The position numbers were made by a program, and so were the translations under genes. Shown one piece after another: positions 1 through 13,360 of a DNA stretch of 64,000 nucleotides. The DNA comes from a virus. The notes under the pieces were generated by a model that was not told the DNA's origin, made no database searches, and saw only the letters and a list, made by a program, of their open reading frames with translations. Positions within the stretch are counted from its first letter, which is position 1, and every line of letters begins with the position of its first letter. The stretch lies in the IMG/VR virus record IMGVR_UViG_3300045988_119030, positions 21,411 to 85,410 of that record. One strand, given 5' to 3'.

Positions 1-505
1 TTTATGTAAAAATGAAAGATTAAAACGTTTATTGTATTATACTACCCCAGATGCTATAGACAAGCCAAATCTGGATGATGAACAAATGATTTAGTTATTT
101 AAGAAAAATATTAAATTAATTCCTAAATTATACGTTGATGGTAGTGTTTTAAATTATGTCGTAATTAGTTTTGATAATTTTATTCCTAATGATACAAATC
201 CAGAATTTAGAGATAATATTATTGAATTCGATATAGTTTGTCATTATGATTAGTGGCATTTAAAAGATTATTAGTTGCGTCCTTATCGCATTGCTGCGGA
301 AATAGATAGCATGATAGATAAAACACATTTAACAGGTATTGGAAAATTGGAATTTCTTGGTGGCAACCAAATTATTTTAACTGATGAATATGCTGGTTTA
401 TGTCTTATGTATACTGCTATTCATGGAGAAGAAGATAAGAAATTTATGCCAAATCCCAATGATGAAGAAAGATTTTTAAAAGACTTTTAGGATAGAACTA
501 AATAA
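1..505 (+). CDS. Partial CDS, 3' end of a hypothetical structural-module protein; gene starts upstream of the window. Contains 3 in-frame TAG.
   Basis: Frame-2 reading frame is open from the window edge to TAA at 503-505 and is interrupted only by TAG. Standard-code ORF 275-490 is an internal fragment. It is followed by the next gene with a TAATG overlap. Confidence 0.45.
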
Positions 506-1230
506 TGGATTTACGCTTAGGCTTAATGTGCGGAATTGATTTACCAATACCGGAACTTTAGGCTACAATTCATTAGCCAAAGATAAAAGAGATTGCTTTT
601 GTTGGTGAAAAAGATTTCTTCCTTGGGGTTCAATGTCTTTGTATTGATAAAAATATAATAGCCAATTAGGGCGAAAGTCTTTTAGTTAATACGAATAATT
701 TTTAGATATTTATGACAATGATGAAAGAAAAAGAGATGGCTGAAAAAAAAGATTCAGTTATAAATGTTTTTTCTCTTATATTTCCAAAATATAAAACTTT
801 ATTTACTCCAAGATCTATCATTTTACAAAGTGATACTTAGATAATGATTGATGATTCAAATTTTGAAATTCTTTAGGAATATTTAAAGGAAATATTTTGT
901 TTTAAATCTTCTATGTCTCAAGAGCTGGGTTTTAACCCTGCCAATGATACTGCTAAAAAAATTGCAGATAAATTAATGAGAGGTAGATAGAGAGTTGCTG
1001 AATTAAATGGTTCAGCTAATGTTAGTATATTTAGTTAGTATCTTTCAATGCTTACTGTAGGTTTAAATTCAATGTCTCTACAGGATTTAATGGATTTAAC
1101 AATGTTCCAACTTTTTGACCTTGTTGAAAGATATTAGCTTTATATTAATTGGGATATTGATATTCGGTCAAGGCTAGCGGGCGGAAAACCTGATGGCAAA
1201 CCGGAGAACTGGATGAAAAATATCCATTAA
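505..1230 (+). CDS. Hypothetical protein of 241 aa, about 11 in-frame TAG. Candidate head-tail joining or tail completion protein by position.
   Basis: ATG at 505 overlaps the upstream stop. One continuous frame ends at TAA 1228-1230, with only TAG interruptions. It sits immediately upstream of the major structural gene. Confidence 0.5.
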
Positions 1231-1254
1231 ATTTATTAAGGAGGAAAATAACCT

Positions 1255-2253
1255 ATGAAATTTGGTGTTCGCGAAATTTGCGATGTCGTTTTAAAGGCTA
1301 AGGCAACTCAGAAGGTTGGTAATAAAATCTTTTATAGAAATGAGCCAGTTATTTATTTCGACACTTTAAAGACTTCCAGTATGGAAGGCGCTGCTACCAC
1401 TGTATATGCACAGGGAGGACGCGGTAATGCTCGTTTAGTAGCCTGGGAAGGTGAGCGTACTGTTACCTTTACGATGGAAGATGCTCTTATTTCTCCAGAA
1501 GGTTTCATGATTCTTTCTGGTGCTGGTCTTATTGAAGCAAGCGCTACTAGTACTATTAAACAGCACGTTACTGAAACTGTAGATAAGTCACAAATTGATA
1601 GTACAACTACTGAAGGACAAGTTACTATTCGTGTTTCTAAAAAGCCTTATCTTCCAACTGATGAACAAGAGAATTTTGCTTATGTTATGTTTGTCAAAGA
1701 TGGTGAAATTATCACTGAGCCTTTTATTCCTGTTCATGAGGAGTTAACTGCTAAGAAAGATACTAATGGTAATGAATATTTTGAATTAACTCTTAAAACT
1801 CCACATGATGATTATATTGCTGGTGCAGGTAATTATACTTTTAATGAAAAGAATGGCCTTCCAGCAGCCGCAGCATATGATAGTGCTATTGTTGATTATT
1901 ATACTGAAAAGGCTAGTGGCGCTCAACAGATTGAGATTACTGCTGATAAATTCGGTGGTAACTATTATCTTGAAGCCTCTACTTTATTCCGTGATCAAAA
2001 TGGTGTTGATATGCCTGCTGAATTTATTATTCCTAACTGCAAGATTCAGTCTAACTTCACCTTCACAATGGCTTCTTCTGGTGATCCTTCTACTTTCACC
2101 TTTACTATGGATGCTTTCCCTGACTATACTCGTTTTGATCACAGTAAGAAAGTTCTTGCCGCAATTCAAATTATTGAGGAAGGCGGAGCTAGTGACCTCC
2201 ATCGTACTATGACTGCTCACGATGAGGCTCACAATGCTTCTTTCACTGACTGA
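1255..2253 (+). CDS. Major structural protein of 332 aa, probably the major tail (tube) protein; major capsid not excluded. No TAG codons.
   Basis: Strong RBS AAGGAGG 7 nt upstream. Uninterrupted 999-nt ORF with no TAG, unlike its neighbours. Followed by a strong hairpin terminator. It lies 2 genes upstream of the chaperone and tape measure genes. Confidence 0.75.
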   Translation: MKFGVREICDVVLKAKATQKVGNKIFYRNEPVIYFDTLKTSSMEGAATTVYAQGGRGNARLVAWEGERTVTFTMEDALISPEGFMILSGAGLIEASATSTIKQHVTETVDKSQIDSTTTEGQVTIRVSKKPYLPTDEQENFAYVMFVKDGEIITEPFIPVHEELTAKKDTNGNEYFELTLKTPHDDYIAGAGNYTFNEKNGLPAAAAYDSAIVDYYTEKASGAQQIEITADKFGGNYYLEASTLFRDQNGVDMPAEFIIPNCKIQSNFTFTMASSGDPSTFTFTMDAFPDYTRFDHSKKVLAAIQIIEEGGASDLHRTMTAHDEAHNASFTD

Positions 2254-2426
2254 TGATTATTAAAGGTAAACGTTGGAACATCCAAAAGAAAACTGAGGAA
2301 GTAAAAAACAACAATACCAAGAAAGAGAAAAAAGCTGTTAAATCTATCAAGGTTCCTGAAGAACCTGTGATTTCTGAAGAAGAAATTGATGAGGTCAGCA
2401 AATTCTTTAATTTAGATAAAGAATAA
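2253..2426 (+). CDS. Small basic/acidic ORF of 57 aa overlapping the stop of the major structural gene (TGATG).
   Basis: ATG overlaps the TGA of the upstream gene. The Lys/Glu-rich product ends immediately before the terminator hairpin. It is below the ORF-track size cutoff. Confidence 0.3.
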   Translation: MIIKGKRWNIQKKTEEVKNNNTKKEKKAVKSIKVPEEPVISEEEIDEVSKFFNLDKE

Positions 2427-2432
2427 TTTTAT

Positions 2433-2468
2433 GGGAGAGAATAGAAATATTCTCTCCCATTTTTTTTA
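2433..2468 (+). terminator. Rho-independent terminator after the major structural gene.
   Basis: GGGAGAGAATA...TATTCTCTCCC perfect hairpin followed by a T9 run. Confidence 0.8.
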
Positions 2469-2491
2469 TTTAGAGAAAAAGGAGAGATAAT

Positions 2492-3598
2492 ATGAATTCG
2501 TTATAGAGAAGTATTAAGGCCAGTCCAAGAGAAATGAATACAGAAGATTTTTTAAAGAAATCTTATGAATTTACAAAAAGAAGTATGAGTTAGAAATTAA
2601 GAGCAAGAGATACTTCTGAAAAACAAGCTAAAAAATTAGAAGAATTCTTTCAAAGTATTCAAAATAGATAGCTTGGAAATCCTATCGAAAATATCCAAAT
2701 GAGTGAATTATTAGATGCTTTAGAATAGATTAATCCTTAGCTTTTTAATTCAATGAAATATTTATTTACTACGCCAGATAACTATGGAGATTCTAATGAT
2801 GCGCATGGTAAATATTTTGAAGGGGTTATTGCGGAAGCGGTTGCCACTGCGGAGAATTATTTTGCTGGTAATAAAACTATGACTATAAGTGGAAGTAGTA
2901 AAAAGGCTGGAACCGCATCTGTTAACCTTATAGATTTAGCAAAGGATTTAGATGAAGATACAAAAAATCTAATGAATGATATTTATTAGAAAACCGCCCA
3001 AGAAATGAAAAAAGATAGTGAAGCTGCATCTTCTACAATAAAAGGAGTTTCTGGCAAAGCGGATATTATAGGAATTTAGTAGAATTATACAATATAGAAA
3101 ACTAGCCATTTAGAATTAGATGAAGAAATTTATGATGCTTTATTAAATGCTACTTTTACTGCGAAAAATTATATGTCTAACACTTAGATTGAATTAGGAT
3201 CTACTAATCCTTTTCGTGTTTTTATGACTATGATTCCTCTTGGAGGAGCTACAAGTAAAATTTAGAGATATTACCGTATGTTGGCTTGTAAATAGAAGCA
3301 CTTTCCTGATAAGCATCCTGATGCACCAAAGTATTTTTATAGATTAAGAGCTATTTATGAATTAACTGGTGGAAAATCTAATTATACTAATACTGTATTA
3401 AATAAGCTAATAGGTGGAAATTATACTAAATTTTTAGTTTTAAATTTATAGGGACATATAAGAGTTATTTCTACTTAGAGTGTCATAAAAGAGCTTATTG
3501 ACAATATTGATGATGATTAGTTTAATAAAGATATAGATTGGCAAAAGGCTTTATATGGACGTATTAGGATTAATCAAAATAAATTTAGTGAAATTTAA
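2492..3598 (+). CDS. Hypothetical tail-module protein of 368 aa, about 16 in-frame TAG.
   Basis: RBS GGAGAG, ATG at 2492. A single frame runs to TAA 3596-3598. Standard-code ORF 2753-2989 is an internal fragment. Confidence 0.55.
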
Positions 3599-3656
3599 AA
3601 TTGACTAAATAGAAAATTTTTTGTATAATATAATAAAGAGTAAAAGGAGGCTAATT

Positions 3657-4190
3657 ATGGCTAAAATTTCATATACTAAATTAGGAATTGGCAAGGAAGA
3701 ATTGAATAAAGTTCAGACTGTAGAATATAATGATCAGACTATTGAAGTAAAGCAATATCTTCCAGTTGCAGAAAAGAGTGAATTAATTACTCGTGTATTA
3801 AATAATTCTGTAGATGAAGACAATGGATATTATAATCTTTTAAAGATGGATATGCATCTTGCGCTTGAGATTGTTTATGCTTATAGTAATATTAATTTTA
3901 CAGAAAAGCAAAAAGAGGATTCAGCGAAGCTTTATGATATGCTCAATGCTTCAAAGGTGCTTAATCTTATTATTGGTCTTATTCCAGAGGGGGAGTTTTA
4001 TTATTTAAATAAGACTGTCCATGAAATGGCTAATAATATTGTGGCTTATCGCAATTCCGCGATGGGAATTATGGAGCGCATTACTACTGATTATAGTAAC
4101 TTAAATTTTGATGCTAGCACGATTCAAAAAGAACTTGCCGATCCTAATAATATGACTTTATTGAAAGATATTCTCACTAAATTGGGCTAA
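3657..4190 (+). CDS. Putative tail assembly chaperone, 177 aa.
   Basis: RBS AAAGGAGG. Small acidic protein encoded immediately upstream of the tape measure gene, the canonical position for gpG-like chaperones. No TAG. Terminator-like hairpin downstream. Confidence 0.55.
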   Translation: MAKISYTKLGIGKEELNKVQTVEYNDQTIEVKQYLPVAEKSELITRVLNNSVDEDNGYYNLLKMDMHLALEIVYAYSNINFTEKQKEDSAKLYDMLNASKVLNLIIGLIPEGEFYYLNKTVHEMANNIVAYRNSAMGIMERITTDYSNLNFDASTIQKELADPNNMTLLKDILTKLG

Positions 4191-4235
4191 TTAAATTATT
4201 TAATTTAATTAATTTTTTAAAGTCATTAGAGTAAT

Positions 4236-4277
4236 GGGGATAAGAGTATTTTATTACTCTTATCCCCTTTTTATTTT
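4236..4277 (+). terminator. Rho-independent terminator or attenuator between the chaperone and tape measure genes.
   Basis: GGGGATAAGAGTA...TACTCTTATCCCC hairpin followed by a T-rich run. Confidence 0.6.
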
Positions 4278-4320
4278 TATTTTGCAAAGTAAAAATTAAG
4301 AGAGAAAGGAGATTTTTTTG

Positions 4321-7300
4321 ATGGCTAAACAATTAAATAGTTATCAAGTTAATTTACAATTTAATGCAAATACTGCATAGGCGAAAACGCAATTGCAAGA
4401 TTTGCAAACAACTCTTGATGCTATTATAAAAGAGTCTGTAGCGGGGGTTTCTAAAGGAGACTTTAATTTAACTAAAAGATTAAATGAAGCGCAGATAGCG
4501 GCATCAAAACTACAAACCATTTTAGCTCAAACTACTAATGTAAAAACGGGAAAAATGGATTTAACAAGATTTTCTCAATCTTTAAAATAGAGTAATTTAG
4601 ATTTAAAAAAGATATAGAATAGTTTACTTGAACTTGGACCTTCTGGGCAAAAAGCTTTTATGTCTTTAGCTCAATCTATTGTTGAAGCTGATGTTCCATT
4701 AAAAAGAACAAATTTATTAGTTTCTGAATTATGGACAACTTTAAAGAATACAGCTCGTTGGTAGATTTCTTCTAGTGCATTGCATGCATTTATGGGTACT
4801 ATTCAATCTGCTTATGGATATGCCAAAGATTTAAATGAATCTTTAAATGATATTCGTATTGTTACTGGGCACAATATTGAATATATGGATAAATTTGCTG
4901 AAAGAGCAAATAAAGCGGCAAAAGCATTAAACGCTACTACATTAGATTACACTAATGCTTCTTTAATTTACTATCAATAGGGTTTAAGTGATGAAGAAGT
5001 AGAAAAAAGAACAGATATTACTGTTAAAATGGCTAATGTAATTAAACAAAATGCTGATATTGTTTCTGATCAATTGACTGCAATTTGGAATAATTTCTAT
5101 GATGGCTCCGATTCTCTAGAACATTATGCTGATGCGATGGTGCGCTTAGGTGCAGATACCGCATCTAGTTCTGATGAAATTGCTGGCGGTCTTGAAAAAT
5201 TTGCGGCAGTTGCTAATACAATTGGTTTAAGCTTTGATAATGCAGCAGCCGCATTGGCTACTATTACTGCTACAACTCGTCAAAGTGAAGATGTAGTAGG
5301 TACTTCTTTAAAGACTATTTTTGCTCGTATTCAAGGTTTAAAATTAGGTGAAACCTTAGAAGATGGCACTACTTTAAATCAGTACTCACAAGCTCTTGCA
5401 GCTGTTGGAGTTAATATTAAAGACTCCAATGGACAATTAAAGGATATGGATATCATTCTTGATGATTTGGGCCATAAATGGTCAACAATTAGTAAAGATC
5501 AACAGGTAGCTTTAGCTCAACAAGTAGCTGGTATCCGTCAATATAACCAATTAATTGCTTTAATGGATAATTTTGATTTTTATCAAGAAAATATTCAAAG
5601 AGCAAAAGAAGCAGATGGTTCTTTACAAGAACAAGCTGATATTTATGCTGAAAGCTGGGAAGCTGCTCGTGATCGTGTGCGTGCAGCAGCCGAAAGCATT
5701 TATGATGATTTGATTAATGATAAATTCTTTATTAGTTTGTCTGATGCGATAGCAGGAGCTTTAGATGCTATTGATAAATTGATTAGTTCTATAGGAGGTC
5801 TTCCGGGAGTAATTGCAGCTCTTGGAATGATATTTACTAAAGTGTTTAAAGTTCAAATGGGCGAGGGCATTAATAATTTAGTTTTTGGCCTTTAGTCTTT
5901 AGTTGGACTTACAAAAAAGAGTGCAGTTTCTCTCAAACAGGAAGCTTATAATCGAGCTTCTAATATGGCTTTTGATACTGGTACTGAAGTTGGAGATAGA
6001 TAGGGAGAATCATTAAAATAGACTTTAGATTTAAAGAAAAGAATATATGATATATCTGAAAATATTACAAAAGAGGAAAAACAATAGCTTGAAGGGTTAA
6101 TTGAAATTAATCGAGCTTATAATGAACAAGCTATAAAAGCAGCTCAAAAAAAAGATTAGGCTAGTGAGAATCTTCAAAATACTCGCATGGATCTTAGAGC
6201 GCGTATAAGAAGAAATTCTGCTACTGGAAAAGTAGAAAAAAATTTAAATACTTTTGGAAATGTTCAATAGCAAATGAGTGGAATTATTAAGACTGGTTTG
6301 CGAGGAACTAAAGCTTTAGATGGACTTAATAAAACATTAAAAGAAGGAGGTCCATTAGGAAAAGCTTTTGAGGGTAGAATAAATACAATTCAGCAGGCTT
6401 TAATTAAAGTAGATAGATCTGAAGCAGCTGAATCTATTGGAAATTTTGTTGAAGAATTAAAAAACGGAACTATAACAGTAGATTAGTTCTTGAAAAAAGT
6501 AAATAATGTTGTCACTAAAGAAAATTTAATGGCTGATGCTACATCCAAAGCGGCAACTATTCTTGAGGATGACTTTGGTAAAAAAGTTAAAATTAACGGC
6601 GAGGAATGTCAAAAGCTTGCTGAAGATATGACTGAAGTTATTGTAACAACAGATAAATTGAAAACTACTAATAAGCAAGTTGCTGGGTCTTATGAAAAAA
6701 TAAAAGCTGCAATTGAAAATTATAAAAATGCTACTGGAGATTTAGGGTAGAAATTAATTTCTATGGTTAATGGTTTTTCTTCATTGGCTATGGGATTGAC
6801 TTCTATTAAGAGTATTTTTGATACTTTATCTGATGAAGATATGTCATTCTTTGATAAACTTTTATCAGTTAGTATGTCTTTAGGCATGGGTATTTCTATG
6901 ACTGTTTCTGGCTTATCTACTATGACTAAAGCCTATAAAGAATTGGCAGAAGCTAAAACTTTAGATAATATAAAGACTTCGCTTAATATTGCTATTACAG
7001 AGATTAATAATGTGGTAAAAGCTTAGGCAGCCGCTAGAACAGGAACTCAAACAGTAGCTACAGATAGATAGGCATTGGCCGAAAGCAAACTTACAAAAAA
7101 TATAATATTGTAGAATGCTGCTTATTTAGTCCGTAAAACACATATGTCTGAAACAGCAGCTCTTGGATTAAGTTTAGCTGGTACTATATTAGTTGTAGTT
7201 GCGGCTGCAGCAGCTTTAGTACTTATATCTAAAGCAGTTTATAATTCCATTCATAAAGAAGAAATAGCGGCTGAAGCAGCAGCTAAAGCGGCTTCAGATC

Positions 7301-10300
7301 TTGGTAATGCTTATGATGAGTGTCGTGAAAAGTATCAGCAAATGATTGATGAGTTTAATGAATACAAAGATGCCACAGATACTTTGGATAATTTAACTAA
7401 AGGAACTCAAGAATATCGCGATGCTTTAGAGGAAGCTAATCAAAAGGCTTTGGAATTAATCCAAAATAATCCTGATAAATTTAATAAAGATGATTATTAT
7501 TGGGATGATAATAAATTAGTTATTAAAGATACAGCTATGTCTCGTGTAGCTGAAACCAATAGACAAGAGACAGCGGATTTATAGGCTGCTTCTGCTATGG
7601 CTAATGCTAATAATGCTCAAGCATAGGCAAATTTGTAGAAAGAAAATCTTGCTGATATTGTTAAGAGTTCTTTGCGTAATACAGATAATGTAAATAAATC
7701 TATTGATGCTTATTTAAATAGCGATAGAGTCGCTGTTGATAAAGAAGACTTAAAAGATATTCTTAATCTTGATAATGGTATAGACGATAAGGCTTTAGTT
7801 AATGTCCTTTGGCGCAATATTGATGCTTTAAATGAGTTAAGAAATACCATGGATGGGGTTGAAACCTCTTTTGATCTTGCTAGTAAAACCGCAGCAAGAG
7901 CGCAATGGTCTGGTTCTGGTAAAGAAAATACTAAAGCTGGAAAAATGGCGCTTGAAGGTGGCGGAAGATTATATAATAATCTTTATGCTGAGGGAGAAAA
8001 TGTTGTTAAAGGTTATTTATTAGACACTAATTGGGCTGCCTATGAAAAAATGAATAATTTGAATTCTCTAAAAGGATATGAACATTCTATTGAAAGCGAT
8101 AAAGTTAAATACAGTTATTATGATGAGAATGGTGAAAAGATAACTTAGGAAATCAGTAAAGAAGCTATTCAAATCGCGGCCGCAACCCAATATGCTAATG
8201 ATAGAATTGGAAAAGCTTTAGATAGCTTATATCAAAATATTGCTAAAGCTAATAAAGATGGCCTTGATAGTGTAGGGAAATATTTATCAACAGAAAATTT
8301 TGATAATATGACAAAAGGCGAGCTTGAACAATTTTAGGGATTAACTGATGATTAGTTAAAAGAATACGGAATTGATAAACAAGCTATTGAAGAAGCTAAG
8401 AAAGTTGTATTTGATGAAATTGATGGTCTTAATGAAGCTATGAGCGATTAGATCACTGTTGGAGTGAATAAGACTTTAAAAGAAAATATTTAGAATTTTG
8501 GCTCTGAAGGTAAAGATGCCTATATTAGTGCTATCAATCAAATTGGTGAATCTATTGATTGGAATGCTTTGTCTCCAGAATCTTAGGCTGAAGCTTGGAA
8601 TAAAATTTCTAATATTAATTGGTTTGATTTTGATGCTCAACGTCAAGCTGAAACTCTAATTAAAGAAATGGGCGGAGATGTTTCTGCTCTTGGAGATAAT
8701 TGGGATAAAGCTTTTAGTTAGATGCGCAAAGCTGGAGATGTTGTTCCAGTATTAACTGATATCAAAGAACGCCTTGATAAAATAGATAATATTACTAAAG
8801 ATATGAAAATCGGTAAGATTTTAGAAAAAGAAGATTATGATACTTTAGTAAATTATAATAGTGAATTGGCAAGATATTTTGCTATTTTATCTGATGGGTC
8901 TGCGGTTTTTGTAGGTGATCCTCTTGATTTCCAGTAGATGGTTAAATCCACTAAGCAGGATGAATTAAGTAGAACTATAAACGGATACCAAAATGCTATT
9001 GATTAGTATTATGCGGGAGCTGAAGAACTTAAAAAAGCGGGTGGATTAGATTAGATCCGAGAAGCTGATTCTGAAAATGTCAATAATCAATTAGCATTTT
9101 TAAAGACTTAGAACTATGATGAAACATAGATTTCTGATTGGATTGGTAAGCTTGCTAATTCTAGAGGATAGGATATTGACACTTTAAAAGCTATTGCTGA
9201 AGCAGTTAATGAAGTTGGTAATTCTTTCTTATCTAGCAAAGATAGTATAGAACAATATACAGCAAGTAGTCAATAGGCTATGAATGAATTGGCAATGACA
9301 GCTGAAACTGCTCAAGAAGCAGAAGAAATGCTTAAAAATGGCAGTATTAATGAAATGGCTTATAATATGAGTGCCATGCAACGTATGTCTAGTGAAAAAT
9401 GGGAAAATTTAGATTCATCTGAAGTAAATAAATATGCAGATTCTTTAATGAAGACAGCTAAAAGTTCTAAACTATTAAGTGATGAACTTGTAAATAATAA
9501 AGAGGCTGCTGAAGATGTAGCTCTTTACACTATGAAAATGAATAATGGTGTAGAGAAATTGAAAAATGGCTTTAGTGGATGGGCTGATGTATTAACGAAA
9601 TCTGATTCTGCTTCACAAGAATATTATGATGCAATGGTTGATATTAAAGACGCCATGTCTGATGTGCTTGGGGTTTCAGAAGAATTTTTAACTGATGAGT
9701 TTATTACTAAAAATTTAACTGATATAGGCAAGGCTGCAGAAGGCGATGCTGATGCTATAGATCGTTTGGCCGCTGCGGCAAGTAAAGATATTCTTTTAAA
9801 TGTTGATTTTGTTTAGGATAATAAACAATTACAAGATGTTTTATTATCAATGCATGATAAATTAGCGGCGGAAATTCCAGATATAAAAATTGGTACAACT
9901 TTTGAAGGTCAAGATGATTTAGTTAGATAGGCTCAAAACATTATCGGCACAGCAAAAATGACTGCTGAATAGGCAAATGCTTATTTTAGTGCCATGGGTT
10001 TTGAAACTAAATTTAAAGTTGAACCTCAAAAGATGGAATAGAAAACCCCGATAGTACGTTCTAGATAGACAATAGTTGGAGCGGGATTTGATAAACACGG
10101 AGCTCCCTATTGGGAAACAACAACAGAAACTTGGAATGATGGATATAGCATTCAAACAGGGTATGTCGATGCTATTGCTATGGCGACCTCTCCTGATGGA
10201 ACAAAAACTCCGATTATTGAAAGTATGACTAGTAAGCCTACTGGAATTATGAATAATAGTTCAAAAGCTAATAGAGGTACTACAGGCTCAAGCAAAGGCG

Positions 10301-13245
10301 GAGGAGGAAGTAAAAATAAACCAACCAAGGGAGACCTAACTAAAAAAAGTGATGTTGTTGATCGTTATAAAGAAATTACTGATAATATCAATGATACTAC
10401 TCGTGCTTTAGATAAAGCTAATAAATCGGTAGATAGACTTTGGGGTAAAGCTCATCTTGATGCGATGGCTAAAAGCAATAAGTTAACTTTAAAAGAAATT
10501 GATTTATTAAAACAAAAACAAAAAGAGGCTTAGGCTTATTTAAAGACAGATAAAGCTACTTTATAGCAAGCTGCGAAAAAAGCTGGAATTACTTTCACAT
10601 TTGATGAAGATGGGGATATCTCTAATTATACTGATTAGATGACTAAACTTTATAATTAGCTTATAGCTGCTTAGAATAAAGCAAATTCTTTTTCTACAAA
10701 AGATGCTCAAGACGCTTATAAAGAAGCAACTTTAGATCCGATTCAAGAGAAAATCAATAAGTTGAAAGATGCTATTAAGCAATATGAAGATACAAGAGAT
10801 TTAGTCGAAGAATTAACTGATGATATCCAAGATAAAATAAACGAATGGCAAGATAGAAATTATCAAATGCTTACTTATGAAGTTGAAATAAAGGTTCAAT
10901 TAGATGAAAATGATACTAAAAAATTAGAATATTATTTTGATAAATTAAGTGATAATATTTATAAAGCCGCTGAAGCTCTTGGATATTTACAAGGTCAATT
11001 TGATCCAGTAATTAGTCAATTAGGAACTTATGAGAATTTCTATAGTCAGTTAAACAATGCTTATTCTAATGGAGAAATTTCTCAAGAAAATTATATCGAA
11101 GGCTTACAAGACGTGTATGATAATACATTAGATAATTTAAATGCTTTGTAGGATTTAGATAAAGAAATGCTTGAATATTATGGTAATACTATAGATTTAG
11201 CAAATGATGAATTGTCTAAATATACAGATCATATAGAGCATTTGACTAGTGTATTGGATCATTATCGTTCTATTATTACTTTGTTAGGTAAAGATAAAGA
11301 TTATGATAAAGTTTTATCAGTTTTAAATGGAACTGCTTAGACTAAGAAAAATAATTTTGATACTTCTAAACAATGGTATGAAAGCTTGAAGCGTGAACGT
11401 GATGCAGCGGCCGCAGCTTTAGCCAGTTCAACTGATGAGGCTGAGCGCGAAGTGCTTCAAAAGAATTATGATGCTATATTAGCTGCGTTCGATGAGGCGG
11501 AAGAAGATATGCTTTCTAAAGCGGAAGAATATGGTGAAGCATTAAAAGAAATTCTTACTACAAAGATGGAACAAGCTGCGGATGAAATGAATAAGCAATT
11601 GAGCACTACCAAAGTAAGTATTAATGGTAATAACTTTAATATTTCCGGTTGGGATGCTTTAAATGATGCTTTGGATAGAATGTCTTCTTATCAAGATGAA
11701 TATTTAACAAAAACTAATTAGATTTATGAAATGAATAAATTACTTAATAATGTTAATTAGGCTATTGATAAGACAAATAATCAAGCAGCTAAAAATAGAT
11801 ATCAGCAATTTACTAAAGAAATTGAGTAGTTAAGAGATAAAGATAAATTAAGTCAATTAGAATTAGAAATTGCTTAGGCTAAATATAAAGTGCTTGAAGC
11901 GCAAATCGCGTTAGAGGAAGCTCAAAACGCAAAATCCACAGTTAGATTACAACGTGATAATGAGGGTAATTTTGGTTATGTGTATACCGCAGACCAAGAG
12001 AAAGTAAATGATGCGCAATAGGCTTTGGCGGATGCGGAAAATGATTTATATAACATTCGCCTTGATGCGACAAATAAATATGGTCAACAAAAACTTCAAT
12101 ATGAGAAAGAGTTGGCTGACAAACTTGCGGAACTCGATTAGAAAGCTGCGGAAGATGCCGTTTACCGCGAGACCACTTATCAACAAGAACGCGCTTTAGT
12201 AATTCAACAATATACTGATTTAATTACTACTGCTGGAAATCTTTATGCGAAAGCTCAAGAAGAGGATAGCAGAGTCGTTCAAGATGCTTGGGTAAATTCT
12301 TTTGATATTATCAAAAATAATAGTAATAGTTGGAAAGATACTATTACTGAAAACACTAATATTATCAATGATACATTTAAAGAATGGCAAGACAGTATGG
12401 ATGAAATTAGTAAAATTGTTGGTGATGATTTAAAAGATACTCAATAGAAAGTTAAAGATGTTACTGATGAAAGTAATAAACTTTATCAAGAAGTATCTAA
12501 TAAAGTTATCCCCGCTCTTGAAGGTGAGTTAAGTTCTGTCCGTAGCGCTACTGAAGCTTGGGCACAACATCGTCAGCAATTACTTGATACTATTAGAGCT
12601 TATGAAGAGCTTTTGAACGCTATTCAAGCAACATTGCGCGCTTAGAGTGGATTTGGTAGCGATAGTAGTAATTCTTCAACAAGAGTTGATTGGTCTGAAA
12701 AAATGGGTCAAGTTGAATATGGTTCTGATAAATATAATGAATATTATCAAAATCGTGAAGATGTTATTAAAGGAGGATATGACATTAAAACAGCTACAAA
12801 TGCTCGTGTTAATGCTTTTTATCAAAAAGGATTGACATTACCAATTACCCGCAATGGAAAAACTTATACTCATTTTACTGATATTCCTGATAGCGTTTGG
12901 AAACAATTAGTTGGGTTTAGAAGTGGCGGTTATACTGGCACTTGGAATGATGGTGGAAAATTAGCGTTCTTACATTAGAAAGAATTAGTTCTTAATGCTG
13001 ATGACACGGAAAATATGTTAGCTTCTATCCAATTAGTTAGATAGATCGCAAAACAATTAGACTTCAATAGCCAACAAATTTCTACTCTTTCTTCTTCTGG
13101 ATTTACTGTTAGTTCTCAAGATGGAACATTGGAATAGAATGTTAGAATTGAAGCTAGTTTCCCGAATGCTACTGATAGATACGAAATTCAAGAAGCATTT
13201 AATACATTAGTTAATGTAGCTTCTCAGTATGCCAATAGAAAATAA
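4321..13245 (+). CDS. Tail tape measure protein, about 2974 aa, with more than 40 in-frame TAG.
   Basis: RBS AAAGGAG, ATG at 4321. All frame-1 ORFs from 4393 to 12978 are fragments of one frame that contains only TAG interruptions, with TAA at 13243-13245. It contains a TP901-type TMP core (..DEIAGGLEKFAAVANTIGLSFDNAAAALATITATTRQSEDVVGTSLKTIFARIQGL..) and long coiled-coil-like regions. Confidence 0.85.
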
Positions 13246-13250
13246 AATTA

Positions 13251-13287
13251 AGGGTGAAGTCTTATAGACTTCACCCTTTTTCTTTTT
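13251..13287 (+). terminator. Rho-independent terminator after the tape measure gene.
   Basis: AGGGTGAAGTC..GACTTCACCCT hairpin followed by a T run. Confidence 0.7.
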
Positions 13288-13360
13288 GGGTAATTATATT
13301 GAATAAAACTAATTAATTTTTTAGAAAATTATAGAGTAATGAGTAAAAGGAGGGATTATT

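Noticed and set aside
1805-2232. ORFs 1805-2212 (+) and 1984-2232 (-) overlapping the major structural gene.
   Set aside because: Alternate-frame and antisense artefacts of an AT-rich coding region. They have no RBS and are hydrophobic low-complexity translations.
12008-12835. Standard-code ORFs 12008-12199 and 12647-12835 inside the tape measure region.
   Set aside because: They are in frame 2, out of frame with the continuous frame-1 tape measure gene. They are low-complexity translations and spurious overlaps.
13246-13360. CRISPR array, integrase or attachment site.
   Set aside because: No regularly spaced direct repeats anywhere and no recombinase-like ORF. The only tandem repeats are inside coding sequences.
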